From Cladosporium halotolerans (Eukaryota), in assembly GCF_011745625.1 (NCBI RefSeq), contig NW_027191475.1, positions 186,001 through 250,000 of the forward strand: a stretch of 64,000 nt of DNA, in the 5' to 3' direction. This document shows positions 11,417 to 23,700 of this stretch, piece by piece (within the stretch, counting starts at the first letter, position 1; each line of letters starts with the position of its first letter). Below the pieces are notes generated by a model, which searched no databases, was not told the DNA's origin, and worked only from the letters and a program-made list of their open reading frames with translations. The position numbers and the translations under genes are program-made.

Positions 11417-12929
11417 GCTGAGCACGTCTGAAGGCAGCCGGGTTGAGTGACAACGTCCGCTACGCGGCTTGCCTGGGATTGTTGGGAGGGGACATTTGCT
11501 GGCTCTTTAGAAGAGAGAGAGATAAGTGATTGAGATGTGCCCGTGTCGCAGCTGAGCTGTTGTCTCGTGGGATCGGAAGTTGTTGGTGTGAGGGGTTGAG
11601 GTTTAGGGAGCGGTCAGCCATGACTGATTGATCAGGTTGCAGCCGGAGCGGAACTGGTTGAAATTCCCGGCCAGAGAGGGCGAGGTGTAGTTTGTTTGTA
11701 GTCGGGCTGTCTATCTATCCATCTACAACATTCCCATTCCCATCCACCAGCACCAGAATGTAACCCGACCACGTCCCTACCCAGGGAAGTCGAGAGAGTA
11801 GTCGCTAGCTAGTAAGATAGTCTAGCAGCAAGAAAGAATAGCTCGATTTGGCTAAGCCACCCACCTAGACGACGTCAAAGATTGTTGCTCGTGCAAGGTT
11901 GGGGTCTGTGATGGTAAGGACGTCTCGTCATTCATTATTGTCGGACGGCGAACCTGCGTGTTTCGTGGACCCAGCAGCCCTCGAGAGGAATTCACTGGTT
12001 CCCAGTGGAGCAGAGAAGTGCTATACGTCGCTCGGAGGATGGATCTCAGATTCGACAGATCATCGGAGTCGAGCTTCCTCCCAGAAGCAATGGACGACGT
12101 TCGTCGGGCTCCGACAAATCATCATCGTCCGGCGAGCAACACGAGGGCGGTGATGTCCAGCGGCCTTCGTCACGAGCGAATCACGATGGACTTGGCACGC
12201 GGATGCCTGGAGCAAACGATCACGTATGCTTCCGAGCTCTTGTCAGGCGACTACGACCAGGCTGCTATTTCGACCACGGTATTCCTCATGTCTGTATTGG
12301 TGACTATCGATGACGCAGCTGCAGATGGTGGCAGTGAAGTATCCGATACGTTCCTACTGACGGGTCTACCAGACAGACCCGATGAGGATGGATGCTGCGG
12401 GATCGGAAGGCGCGGCAGTCGTGGCATGGAAGTCGTACAATGCTGCCTACTGGCGGCGAAGCTTTGAAGGACGGCATGTTGTTGTGCGTTGCCTTGCTAG
12501 TAAGGATAAAGGGAATGAGAATACGAGATCGAGGTTGTGGAACATAGATGTGATTTGAGTGTTGGCGGCTGGTTGTTCGGATGCCGCGCGGATTGCTCGA
12601 GGTTGCCTTGGGCGGACGCTGGTGGGTTCTGTGACTGCTGGCGCCTGAGTCTCTTTAGCAAAACGAACAAGATACCGGTCTAGTTGGCTTTGGTGTTGGT
12701 GGTTAGCTGGTAGCGATTCGGTCTTTCGGGGTGACTACCTGCGAGGCCTCAATATCCCGAACTCTACCGCTCCGTGACGATGGTGGCGCAAATTGAAGAC
12801 AGTGATGAAGCTAAGCTGATGCAGGTCGCAGTAGGCATAAGCTCCACTTGCAGTATTGAGCTTGTCTCCGGCGAGATCCGAAGCGATAGCATACATCTGC
12901 AGCCTGCAGGTCCAGCATGCAACAATCAG

Positions 12930-13680
12930 CTCGGAACTCTCCATGAAATGTGGCTGCGCCTGTGTCAGCAGAACGTGACATTGGGCAACGTGACCCCTTG
13001 AGCGTGGCTGGTGAAATAAATGAGCAATGCATGGGATGCCATAGGGCTCATGCAATAATCCTTAGAAGGTGTAGTCCATGCGTGCGACTCTTGTGCGGCT
13101 TGCAGCAGGGGCCCTTGCTGGCTGGCTATGATCACTACGATCGCTGCCACGTCGCGCAGGTGATTCAGACGGATAACTGCGAGCTTCGTATGCAGCCCTA
13201 TCGGCAGCCGGCGGCTGTTCCACGAGTGGTGCACTTGAAGACTTCTGGAAGCTGCCTGGAAGCTCCCTGGAAGCTGTACAAGCGGTGCGCATGCAATCGG
13301 CCCGCATCAGCCACGACATGCATAGTCGGGCAATGCAAACGCCCACGCTGATGTGTTACATTCGGCGGTGATAGAAAACGAAGACTGATGCCTTGATGGG
13401 GCCATAGGCAGCAAATTTGAATACTAAATCAAAGTGCGTCGACGGTGAGTTGCAGTCTGCGGATAAGCTCGGCAAGGTGTACAACCTCGCGTCAATATAT
13501 GCGAGAGCGACGATCTCCAACATGAGCGAATGCAGGAAGAGGGAAACTGCTGTGTTGGAAGACTTTCTTGAGCCATACAGCGATGAAAGCACGCGTCAAG
13601 GGTGGCTGGCGCTGCGCCGTGTGTAGATGTCTTGCATTCTTGCCAATCGTATTCATTGAGCGAAGCCCTGTGCTACTGCC
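12930..13680 (+). pseudogene. Degenerate HET-domain (heterokaryon incompatibility, PF06985-like) gene relic
   Basis: Collinear fragments in different frames: WLRLCQQN, LPGSSLEAVQAVR, CVDGELQSADKLGKVYNLASIYARATI (fits CIxQ..DKxxQIxxMxxIYxxA), STRQGW, VLH. Interrupted by stops and frameshifts. Confidence 0.45.
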
Positions 13681-16335
13681 TTGCGGATTCGCTCATGCAT
13701 GTATTCCTGATCCAGCTATAGTGGTCGCATTTACGGCCAGAGATCGTCCCATCCTATAGTGCTAGCCTCAAGTACTTTGGCGGGACACAAGGCAGTGACG
13801 AGGCTTGGAGTTGTTGGTACTCCCGGTTCTTGAAGAGGTACCTCTCTAGGCAGAGGTAGCTGGTGTACCTAAATGACTCAATCCTGCTCTACCTTTGATT
13901 AGACGACATGTGAGTGAGCCCTGTCAGATGAGGGTAATGGTGCTGCTCGCTTGCTGCATCTCCGATGACAGGGGGTGGGATAACAGGTACGTCACAACGA
14001 GAGCCGTTTATTTCGAATGTCAGCGGGATGTGGTCGGTGGCACGTGGCCGGCTACTGCATCTGCGGACCTTGCAAAGCGAGCATAGCGGGCACGACTAAG
14101 GTATAACGCCCGGAGTATTTCTGAAGCACTGCATGGTGCAGAGGAAGTAATAGCTTCACCAGACCCAAGATGGAAAAAGGTGGTGCATGTCGCAACGCCA
14201 ACCTGGATACACGCACCCAAGGTGCATGGCAGATGCGTGTGGCTTCGAATTGGTACGCGGTGGCCTATGGGCTTCGACCTTGAAGCGCCGGTGTGCCGGC
14301 TCGAGCTGTTATCTTCCGAGACACAGATCGGTAGGTCGATAGGGCTGCAGTAGTACGGGCTGCGGTCGTCGATGGGGTCTGTTTCAGAGGGCAGAGGAGT
14401 AGGGCGGGCTGGACCTGCGGCGGGAAGGAAGGCCGTTTCGAACCATGACACCGGAGCGCGCGAGCGACGAGTTACGGCCGTCAAACGCGTGAGGAACCAA
14501 CGCAAATAGCATCAGGAGGCAGAGAGTGACATTGGCGGGGGTCCGGCAGAGAAGCGATTCCGACAGCTGTGAAGCCCAAAGAGGTGAGCAAGCGCGACTG
14601 CTCGCTGCCCGCACGACGCCTGACCCTTGGCGTGGCATGCTGGACGAGCCAAAAATAGTTCAGCCTCACCTCTCCTCAGGTGTCAGCACGCTACAGACTC
14701 CCTCTCCACCGTCCTGCTCACCCGTCGCCCGTGCGGTGCAGCTTTGCCGATTCGATAGTTCCACTGCCCGCAGCACCGCAGGGCTAGCTGTTGACAGACA
14801 CCGACTGCTGAGAAAAGCAGCACCCTCCGCTCGCCGTTATACCCACCCGGCCTAGCGTGCTGGTTTTAGGTACACGGTACCTTCGATGACATACGCCAGA
14901 GCTACGGCCACGCGATGTTTCTGCAGGTACTGTGCTCCTACTGGGTACCCACGACCGCTCCTTCGGGGCCCTGTCGTGCATAGCTGCTTGATGACAAGGC
15001 TCGCGAAGGGTGTGGCAGTGTGGCTCGGATGTTGTCTTTGAGCTCTATCTGCCTGGCAGGGCTGGGAATAGCATGACTGTGTCCTTGTCGGATGTCTCTG
15101 CCGGCGATGGGATTGGTGACCAGGCGCAGCTACCGAGCTGGAGGACGACGTTACAATCGCTGTAGGAGCCGGCACTGCATCTTAGCAACGACTTGACGAG
15201 TATATGTACCTGGCTCGTTGCCACCCAGATTGACATTTTCTTCTATCATCAACACAACAACAGACTCCCAAACATCTCAATCATCTCCTTTGTCGGCATT
15301 GCATAACATTTTTCTGATCTCGACATCCATACAACGTTCACAAAGCACTCTCGAGACTACGCCAACCAATCTCGAACATCAACCAGACAGTACGCAGAAG
15401 ATTTCGATATCTCTTTGTCTCATTCGAGCTCTTTCCTTTCAAGCTCGCATCCCTCCGTCAAATTTTCTACTTTTTACTTATCAACCTTTTCGCAATGGGC
15501 CGTGTACGTCCGAATCTATCTTGATTTTTAAGAACATCGACTGACTTTCCTCAGGGTGGATACAACTAGATCTCAGCAGTCCAACCTTCGACAATCTTCT
15601 CGATCTCTACAACAAAGATCGTTCGAGATAACCTCCATCAACCGCAACACCTTATTCTTATCCCAATATATCTTACACCAACAACCCTACAACCCAGCAA
15701 CATGTTCTCCCAATCTCAGTCCAGCAACATGTGCACCAAGGCTGATGACGAGGGCCGAGGGTGAGCTTCCACCATCCAATAGATCAATCCTTGCACATCC
15801 ACTAACTCTACCCTAGCGGCTACAACTAAGCACCCCACCTCTCACCTCCCGATCACCCGTTGCAGGCCAATGGGTATGGACTCTCTCCCATCCTCTCTAC
15901 CCATCGAGCCGGCCTCGGCGGGACCCTTTCACTCCTCTCCTTTCGCCCTGGCAGTCGCGATCGCATCTCTCCTGATGCAGTCTTTCTTCGCGGACACGAG
16001 TTACGAACGCCGATGATGAGAAGCACGAGATAGAGGACATGATTTGATGACGGACGGATACACTGGGGGCTTGCATGGGCGCATTTGGTTCTCGTTTTCT
16101 CTTTCGTTTTCATGCATAGCGGCATTGCATCGGCATCTGCATCTGCATCGCGACGGAGTTTGCGGAAGAGCATCAAGAAGAAGCATTTGCAGGCGCAGCC
16201 TGGGCATCTACAGGCGTTTTGTTTCTCTGTTTTTTTTGGTCAGGACATATCAGGTGATATCATCTATAGAGGGCTACTCAATCATGACCTGCAACTCGTT
16301 CTCAAAAGGAAACTCCCACTGCACTGTCAACCACC

Positions 16336-18150
16336 TCACTTCCCCACACAAAACTTCTCAAACACGACCCCCAACACCTCCTCGACATCGCCCGCCTCTC
16401 CGCGGCCTGTAATCCTCGCCAGCGCGTCCGCCGCGCCGCGCAGGTGCTCGGCCGCGAGGACGATGTCCGCTTCGTCGCCTTCACTTTCCCTTAGCATCGA
16501 ATCATCAGCATCGGCGGCGCCAGAGACGAGAGCCGTGAAGTCGTCCAGGCACGCGATGCAGGTTTCCAGCAGCAGGCGGTGGCGCTCCGTCGCGCCGAGG
16601 GATTCTTGCCAGATGCTGGGGTCCGAGGAGTCCGAGTCGGGGGTTAGGGCGGTCGTGAGGGTTGTGAATTGCGCTATGAGGGCGCGGAGGAAGGTTTGGA
16701 TGCTCGTTGGCGTCGTTGAGGGGTCTTGCGAGGAGGGTTTGCATGAGATGGGGTGGATTTTCTCGCGCGGTAGGCCCGGGATGGCGGTCTGCGTGGCTTT
16801 GATGGCCGTTTCAAGGTCTGAAGACGAAGGCGCAACGTCCATCTTGTTGATGACGACGAGCACATTGTCCTTCTCTGCCGCAAGCCTAGCAGCCGTCTCC
16901 ACCACCTCCGGATCCAACCTCACGCCCACCTCCCCACCCTCCCCAACCTCAAAACTAATCACCACAACAACAACATCGCTCTCCTCCGCCCTAGCCTTCG
17001 CCCTCCTCATCCCCTCCCTCTCCACCAACCCCACCTCCGCCCCCTCAACCCCCCTCCTCAACCCCGCCGTATCCCCCAACCGCACCAAAAACCCCCCCAA
17101 ATCCACCCCCACCTCCACCACATCCCTCGTCGTCCCCTCCTCACGGCTCACAATCGCCGCCTCCCGCCCCACAACAGCATTCAGCAGCGAGCTCTTCCCC
17201 GCGTTCGGCGCCCCAAGCAGCGCAAGCGAAATCCCACTCCGCAACAGCTCGCCCCTCACCGCGTTCTCCCTGTGCGCCCGCAGCGCTCCGCTCAGCGCGC
17301 CCACTTGCTCGGAGACGGAGGATAGGAGTTCGGAGACGCTCGCGTCGAAGTGCTGGTCTTCGCTGAAGTCGATGAGGGCTTCGAGCTCACCGCGCGCGGC
17401 GAGGAGGAGCGCGCGCCAGGACTCGTAGCGCGCTGCGAGGGAGTTGGTGGTCCCGCGGACGGAGAGCCGGCGCTGTTGTTCGGTTGTTGCGGACAGGGAG
17501 TCGGAGAGCGCTTCGACTTGGGTTAGGTCGAGGCGGGCGTTGGCGAAGGCGCGGCGGGTGAATTCGCCGGGTTCGGCGTAGCGGATTGGGAGACTGGGTC
17601 CTGTGGAGGAGGAGGGAGAGGTGCGAGGGATGGCGGCGAGCACGGCGCGGACGATGGCTGTGCCGCCGTGTAGGTGCAGTTCGAGGAGGTCTTCACCGGT
17701 GACGGTTTTGGGGGCCGGGAAGTAGAGGATGAGGGCGCCGGAGTCGAGGACTGAGGAGGGTGTTGGAGGGACGCTTGGGTCGTAGAGTGTACGCAAAGTG
17801 GCGTAGCGAGGTTTGGGGTCTTTTTTCCCAGGACACAGGCGCCGGTATATGTCCAGGCAGGCTGGGCCTGAAATGCGGATGATGGCTATGGCTCCGCGGC
17901 CTGGGGCTGTGGATAAGGCGTAGATAGTAGAGTCCTCATGGTGCCTGGATGCGATAGTTGACGAATGTCGGACGCTTCCTGTTCTGATCGCTGGTAATCG
18001 CTCACAACGCCTCAAAGCGTGATGAATCAATGCCGTCCTCCTTCCAGCACAATTCTCAACCCGCCTGCCAGCAACACACACCAGTCCCGGTCTCGCCCTC
18101 GCCAGACATACAAGACTTCGCGCGCTCCATGCCAGCGCCGAAATCTGCAT
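16336..18150 (-). CDS. MSS1: Mitochondrial tRNA modification GTPase (MnmE/TrmE/GTPBP3 family)
   Basis: STIYALSTAPGRGAIAIIRISG, TGEDLLELHLHGG, AEPGEFTRRAF, G1 GAPNAGKS, GTTRD, DTAG, NKMD, C-terminal FCVGK. Arg-rich N-terminus; first ATG at 18150. Confidence 0.96.
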   Translation of the reverse strand: MQISALAWSARSLVCLARARPGLVCVAGRRVENCAGRRTALIHHALRRCERLPAIRTGSVRHSSTIASRHHEDSTIYALSTAPGRGAIAIIRISGPACLDIYRRLCPGKKDPKPRYATLRTLYDPSVPPTPSSVLDSGALILYFPAPKTVTGEDLLELHLHGGTAIVRAVLAAIPRTSPSSSTGPSLPIRYAEPGEFTRRAFANARLDLTQVEALSDSLSATTEQQRRLSVRGTTNSLAARYESWRALLLAARGELEALIDFSEDQHFDASVSELLSSVSEQVGALSGALRAHRENAVRGELLRSGISLALLGAPNAGKSSLLNAVVGREAAIVSREEGTTRDVVEVGVDLGGFLVRLGDTAGLRRGVEGAEVGLVEREGMRRAKARAEESDVVVVVISFEVGEGGEVGVRLDPEVVETAARLAAEKDNVLVVINKMDVAPSSSDLETAIKATQTAIPGLPREKIHPISCKPSSQDPSTTPTSIQTFLRALIAQFTTLTTALTPDSDSSDPSIWQESLGATERHRLLLETCIACLDDFTALVSGAADADDSMLRESEGDEADIVLAAEHLRGAADALARITGRGEAGDVEEVLGVVFEKFCVGK

Positions 18151-19439
18151 CGACAATCAAAAATACTGTTCAGATCAAATATCCATTCCACGCCACCAGA
18201 CCCATCAAACCGCAAATCCCAAGGCCTGAAGGAGATCCCCCCCATGCCCAAGCCTACGCCCACGCATCCCCAAATCTACACCCAGCCCCAGACGTCACTC
18301 TTCTCCAGGCCCCATCCCCCCAAAACCCTAAGGGTACCTACCCAAAACCGTTTCAACCCACAGACCACCTACCTCCACCGTTACATACGCAACCCACAGA
18401 CCTCACGGTAAGCGAAACGGGCGCGCCGCGTCTCGACGGTGCCAGCGCCGCCCAGGCCGTTCACGCGCCAGCCGATCGTCACGAGCGCGCGATGAAGATC
18501 TTCATTCGTGAGCGTTTGTCTGTCCGTCTGTCTGTCTGGCGCAAAAGGGGTCTGGCTGGCTAACCACTGACGGGGGTCTGAGCGGTGCGGTGCTGTTGAG
18601 CGGGTGATTTGAGATGGGAGGGGAGGGCGGTGCCGACGCGTCACGGTTATTTGACGATTGATTGATTTTGATGGGAGAGGGAGGGGAATAATGTGTGCAT
18701 TGCTTTTGTATTGTGGATTGAACTCGTAGAGACTCGCGTGACGTTCGTACAAGAAGCGAAAGGGTAAAGGTTTCTGTATCTGAAGAAGGCAAAAGCGAAT
18801 GTGCAGTGCAAGCCGCGTCGACTAGCCCGCCTCGTGCCGTCTGCAGAGACGAAGCGAGGACAGGCTAGTCGAAGTGGGCTGTGTTGAATGAAGTCAAAAA
18901 AATGCAAAACGAATGAGATACGAAAAAAGCCATGCCTCTTCTCGGACGGAAACCTATCCGCAGGCAGTATTCTTTTTCCATGAGAGTGACTATAACGCGC
19001 GAAGCTATATAGAAACCTTGAGGAGACTCAAACACCGTGTGTCCCATTGGAAGAGAGGAAATCCGCCGCGAGAAAAAGAAGCAAAAAAAAGAGGCAGGCT
19101 TGTGAACATGTGTAAGTGAAGAAGAGAAGTACCAGCTTTCCTTTCCACACAACAGAAAACGCCGGGTGATGGCATTTCTGCGCCAGATGCAAAAAAAGAC
19201 CGCGGTAGGCTTCCCCATGCTGAGCTCTGGGTTCGTTTGCTTCCCCTTTCCCGGGAGGCCATGTGCAAAACTTTCCCGCTTGGTGATGGTTTCGTTCGTG
19301 ATCGGAGAAAAAGGCTGGAGTCAAAGAAAAGCAAATGCATTGCCGTCGTTAAAACTGCCGGGCAAGCGGGCCAGTGGCGAGGCTAGCTCGCGCGCTCGAC
19401 CGAAGAAGCCCGCAAATGGGGGAACGTGATGGGGCACGT

Positions 19440-20507
19440 TTACATGCCGTCGTTCCAGTGGCAGGTGGCGTCGCCCCTGGACTTCTGGACGTTGTCGGCG
19501 TACTCGTTGGCGTAGTTGCCTGTGATGTTGTTAGTTTTGTTCGACAAATATTTTCAGGGTAGATCAGGAAGTGCTTACCAGGAGACTTGTAGTTGCAAAC
19601 GGTGAAGTAAGGGGGGACGTTGCCACCAGTGTTGGCAAGACCGGAAGAGGAGCAGTCGACAGTGGCGCAGCCAACCTCAGTGGTGCCCTTCCAGACGATC
19701 TGGGTGAAGTGACCCCACTCGTGGAAGTTGCTCATGTCGGGGGACTCCTTGCCGTACTGGCCCTCGTAAAGACCAACCTCGCCGTTGTAGAAAAGCTCGG
19801 TGATGACAGCAGAAACGTTGTCAGCCTTGACACCGGCAGCGATGTTCTGGCCGTATCCGCCACCGTCCATCTCACTGTGAAAATTGTTAGCATGCGTTCT
19901 TACGTGAAATAGGTTCAAGGGTGAAGACATACGTGTTGTGGGCGTACGAGCAGGTCTGGCCAATCTTCTCGGCAGTGGCAGCGAGGGAGTCGCTCCAGGT
20001 GAGGTCGGAAGCGGAGTGGTTGGCGCGGTGAAGGTTGTGGTGGTGGATGACGAAGCCCTGGTAGTCGCTGGGCTTGGCGCCAGAAGCAGAGGAAGCCGGA
20101 GCAGAGCTGGCGGGGGCCTCGTAGGTCGAGGAGGGAGCCTCGTAACTGGTCGGGACCTCGTAGGTGGTCGGGGCCGGGGCGGGCGCCTCCTCGGAAGAGG
20201 TGTAGGCAGGCACGGTGTAGGCAGGAGCCTGCTCCTCGACAGAAGAAGCGGCCTCGGTCCAGGTGGTGGCCCAGGTGGAAGTCCAGGCGTAGCTCTTGGG
20301 CTTCCTGTGGCCGTGGAAGTGCTTCTTGGAAGCGGAGGTGGTGGTCGGGGCGACAACCTCGGAGGTGGCGGCCGGGATGTCACCGGCGGTGACGGTCACG
20401 TACTGGGTGGCGTAGACGATGTCGGTTTCGTAGACAACGTCACGCTCCATGAGCGGCACGGCGATGGCGCCAGCGGCGAAGGCGGCGGCAACAATAGCGG
20501 AGCGCAT
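19440..20507 (-). CDS. Secreted CAP/SCP (PR-1/Pry-like) protein; complement(join(19440..19519,19579..19874,19933..20507))
   Basis: Signal peptide MRSAIVAAAFAAGAIA, S/T/P-rich linker, HNLHRANH, YGQNIAAG, GHFTQIVWKGTTEVGC, TVCNYKSPGN. Two GT-AG introns with CTAAC/TTAAC-type branch sites. Confidence 0.93.
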
Positions 20508-20741
20508 TGTGATTGTCGGTTGGTTGGTTGGCTTGGTGGAAAGTGAGGGTTGACAGTTGGTTTGCTGGGATCACGGATCCTGGTTGGTTTTCTTGATTGC
20601 TGAAGGAACGAGCGTGTTAGTGAGCGCAATGCGAAAGGCGATGCTGACCCGCAGGACCGGCCTCGATGCTAGGACAATGGCGCGTCGCGACAAAGGGTGC
20701 GTAGGGCGGATAAAGGTTTGTTTGTGTGGGTCGAGGCCGCC

Positions 20742-20747
20742 TTTATA
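20742..20747 (-). promoter_or_regulatory. TATA box of the CAP gene
   Basis: TATAAA on the minus strand ~235 bp upstream of the ATG at 20507. Confidence 0.55.
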
Positions 20748-23700
20748 GGTGACGACGGGCAATGAGGAGCAGCGGCAGACAATGAAGGGCCAGACCGGAG
20801 TCAAGTGAGGGTCGATGGCGCGGGATCGGATGTGGAAGGGTGGCGCTCGAACTTACGCAGGAAGGGGTGAGTGGACGACTTTCGCAGAAGGCCGGGAGGA
20901 ACTGTGCAACGGCTGGCGCGCGGAGGCTGCTTTGGGTGTGTTTGAAGGAGTGTGGGTGCAGCGAGCTGCAGAAGGAGTGACTGTGGTGAGGTTGGGGGGG
21001 CGGTGGTGCGTGGTGCTGCGAGGGTGAGGATGTCAGTGGAAAGGGAGCTGGCGGGTGCGGTCTTGTATGAGGGAGGGAGCGGGCGGCGGGCGTTGGCTAG
21101 CGCGAGTTAGAATTGTGGGCGTGCTAGCTCTGAAACGCGCCTCCAATCTCGGCGGGGCTCTAATTAACGGCGGGCTGGAGCAGGACCCGCGCGCCGGGAT
21201 GCGCCAGGTGATGCGGTGATGCACTGATGTTGTCGATGCTGGGTACTGAGGCTGACGCTCGCAGCGCCTGACAGTGCGGGCGTGAGGCGTGAGACGGCTG
21301 TTCCGGCCGCCGGTGTTCGTTCCTGTATCGTGGGCGTCGACGTCGTCTGCCGCGACCGCCGCGCTGAGACACGCCTGCGCTTTGTACTCGCCGCCCGCCG
21401 GCCTCCTTGCGTCGTGGGCATTGTGAGGGTGCCCTTGGCAACTCGTGGAATGCCGCCTGCCTGAGGTGCGCCCGAGCGACGGGAGTGCCGCAGTGGGTGA
21501 CGACGTGACTACACGCCTCCTCGCCTACTGCCCCATCGCCGTGCGTTGTACCCTCGCCCGTACCAGAACGCCCGGCGTCCGTCCGCCTAGAGTGCCAGGC
21601 TCTGCGCGCAAGAAGCGCCGCCGCCGCTGATGCCGCCGTATTCTCGCCCACGCACTGGCCAGCACTGAGGTCCATCGCCTACCCCAGACCGCGCACGCAG
21701 GTACATCCGTTCCGCGCCAGGCACCGGGCCCGTCTCATTCGCTGAAACGGCGTGCAGGCATGCCACCACGCGGCGCCTAGCCGGCGATCTCTCTGGCCCG
21801 TCTGGACTCAAATCCTCCGCGCAGCCAACCACGCTGGCCTGCCCGTCTCCAACCCTGTGTGGGCCTCCGGAGCCCACGGGACTTCATCTCGCGGCCGCGG
21901 CAGAGCCCAGGGAGCCTGAAGTCTCTTGTGTACGAAGTACATGGCTTGCAGGGAAGAATCTTTTGACCGCATCTCAACCTTTCTCAGACGGAAGGCGGGC
22001 TGCGGCGTGCGGTGGGCAAGGTCCGGCGGGCGACGACGAGCGCGAGAGAGACACCGAGGTCACCAGCCGTTGCGGCCTTCGCACAGGGCTTCGCGGCGAC
22101 AATCTGCACATCGTCTAATCCCTTGCTCTCCGCATTTCGGTAAGCGGCGTTAATCAACATCGCGTAATATACTCAAATTGGGAGTACGAGCCTGGCCTGC
22201 GAGCGCCACATCAGCCCTGAAAGCCACGAGCGCATCTGTCTCACACACGCTACTGCTACTGCAGTACTGCCATGTCGCAATAGACACCAGGGCGAGCCCG
22301 AGCGTGCGGACCCCTCGCCCTCCGACAGCCATGCTCTCGCTCACATCCGCGGCGAGCAGGCTGCAGGCAGATCATGCTCGTCAATCTGGGATAATTACGC
22401 TGACGCGGCGCAAGGGTCGGTGGGCAGACAGGGGTGTGCGGCGAACGCCTGATCCGAGGCTCTCGTGTTTCGTTTCATGCCCTCTGTGCAATAATAATTT
22501 GCAGGCCCTGGCGGTCCCCCAAATCGCCCGCTCCGCACCGCGGCGTCCCGATCGCCAGGTTCCACCGCCTACATACATGCACATACAGTCCTGTAGCGAG
22601 GGATCGTGTCCTGTGTGCCATGTGCCTCATGCTTCACGACAGCGCCGGCCAGACGTCAGCGTCATGTGCTGGCTGACACGCTCCTTGTGCGGCGTCGCGG
22701 CGTCGAAATTGGTAGGTCGCGCGCTCGCTTTCTGACGCTGGTGCTACAGCGCGAGGGCGCCCGGTCTCACTTGCTCTTGCCGTGTACGTGAGCCCTTCCG
22801 CCGCTTCGTCGAGCAAACAATGAGCGTCTGCTGCCCACTGTGCGAGGCGCGCTTTGTTTGCTTTCGAAACCGCCAGACAAACGGCGGGCGAAATTTGGAC
22901 AGGCCAGCCAGCGACAAGCCCGACGCCGGCGCACCAGCTTTGCATCAGCCTCCGCCTTCCAGTCTCATGCATCGAGAAATTCCATCAGATCGCGGAGTCT
23001 CCCATCTAGAACCTTCTCTAATTTCTTCTAGAGCCATGTATACACTACAAAACCTCGGGATCGTGAAGCTTCACGCATATAGTTCAGCCAAGGTTCTGGA
23101 CCAGCCGCGTGTCTTGAACACTCCTCTCTACAGCATCTCCACTCCACATTCCCAACGGTCTGGCTAAACAGCAACGACGTTACGCCGCCGCTTGCTCGAG
23201 CGCCTCGGCCGGCAAGCATCGTTCGCTTCACACGTACATGCATGTTTGCAGACGGGCGGGAAGAGCCTCGCTCCCTTGCGTAAGATATTTCGCTGCTGTC
23301 TTTTCTTTGTCTGTTGCCCGAGCGAATCCCTCCGCGGCTAAGGGATGCTTTTGAAACTGCTGGACACCAACATGTCATGTGCACTTCATCCCACATCGCA
23401 TGATGATCTCCTGCTGAACACCAACACCGTTACCATCAAATCCCTCTCCTCCTCCCATCACATCCACACCCTCTAACATCAAACATCCATAACCCTCTAC
23501 CTCAGCCTCGCCCCAGGCCAGCCTGAAAGTCTTTGTTCCAGAGCCTCTGAGCCTCAGCCCGCTCCGACCCCGCGCGCCGAACTGCAAGCCACACGCAGTC
23601 TCGTCTTGCCGGAGGCGGCGATTGTCCCGTGGTACTGCTCTGCTCTGCACTGCACTGTAGGTAGGCTCTGAGGAAGCGGCGGGCTTCTGCAGTCGAGGGT

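Noticed and set aside
12150..12467. ORF with VLVTIDDAAAD resembling a terpene-synthase Asp-rich motif
   Set aside because: Single short motif, no NSE/DTE motif, no supporting gene structure.
18405..18515. Type II hammerhead ribozyme (CGAAAC..GTT..GATGA order)
   Set aside because: The core CUGANGA is absent (GCGAUGA) and stem II does not close at the core.
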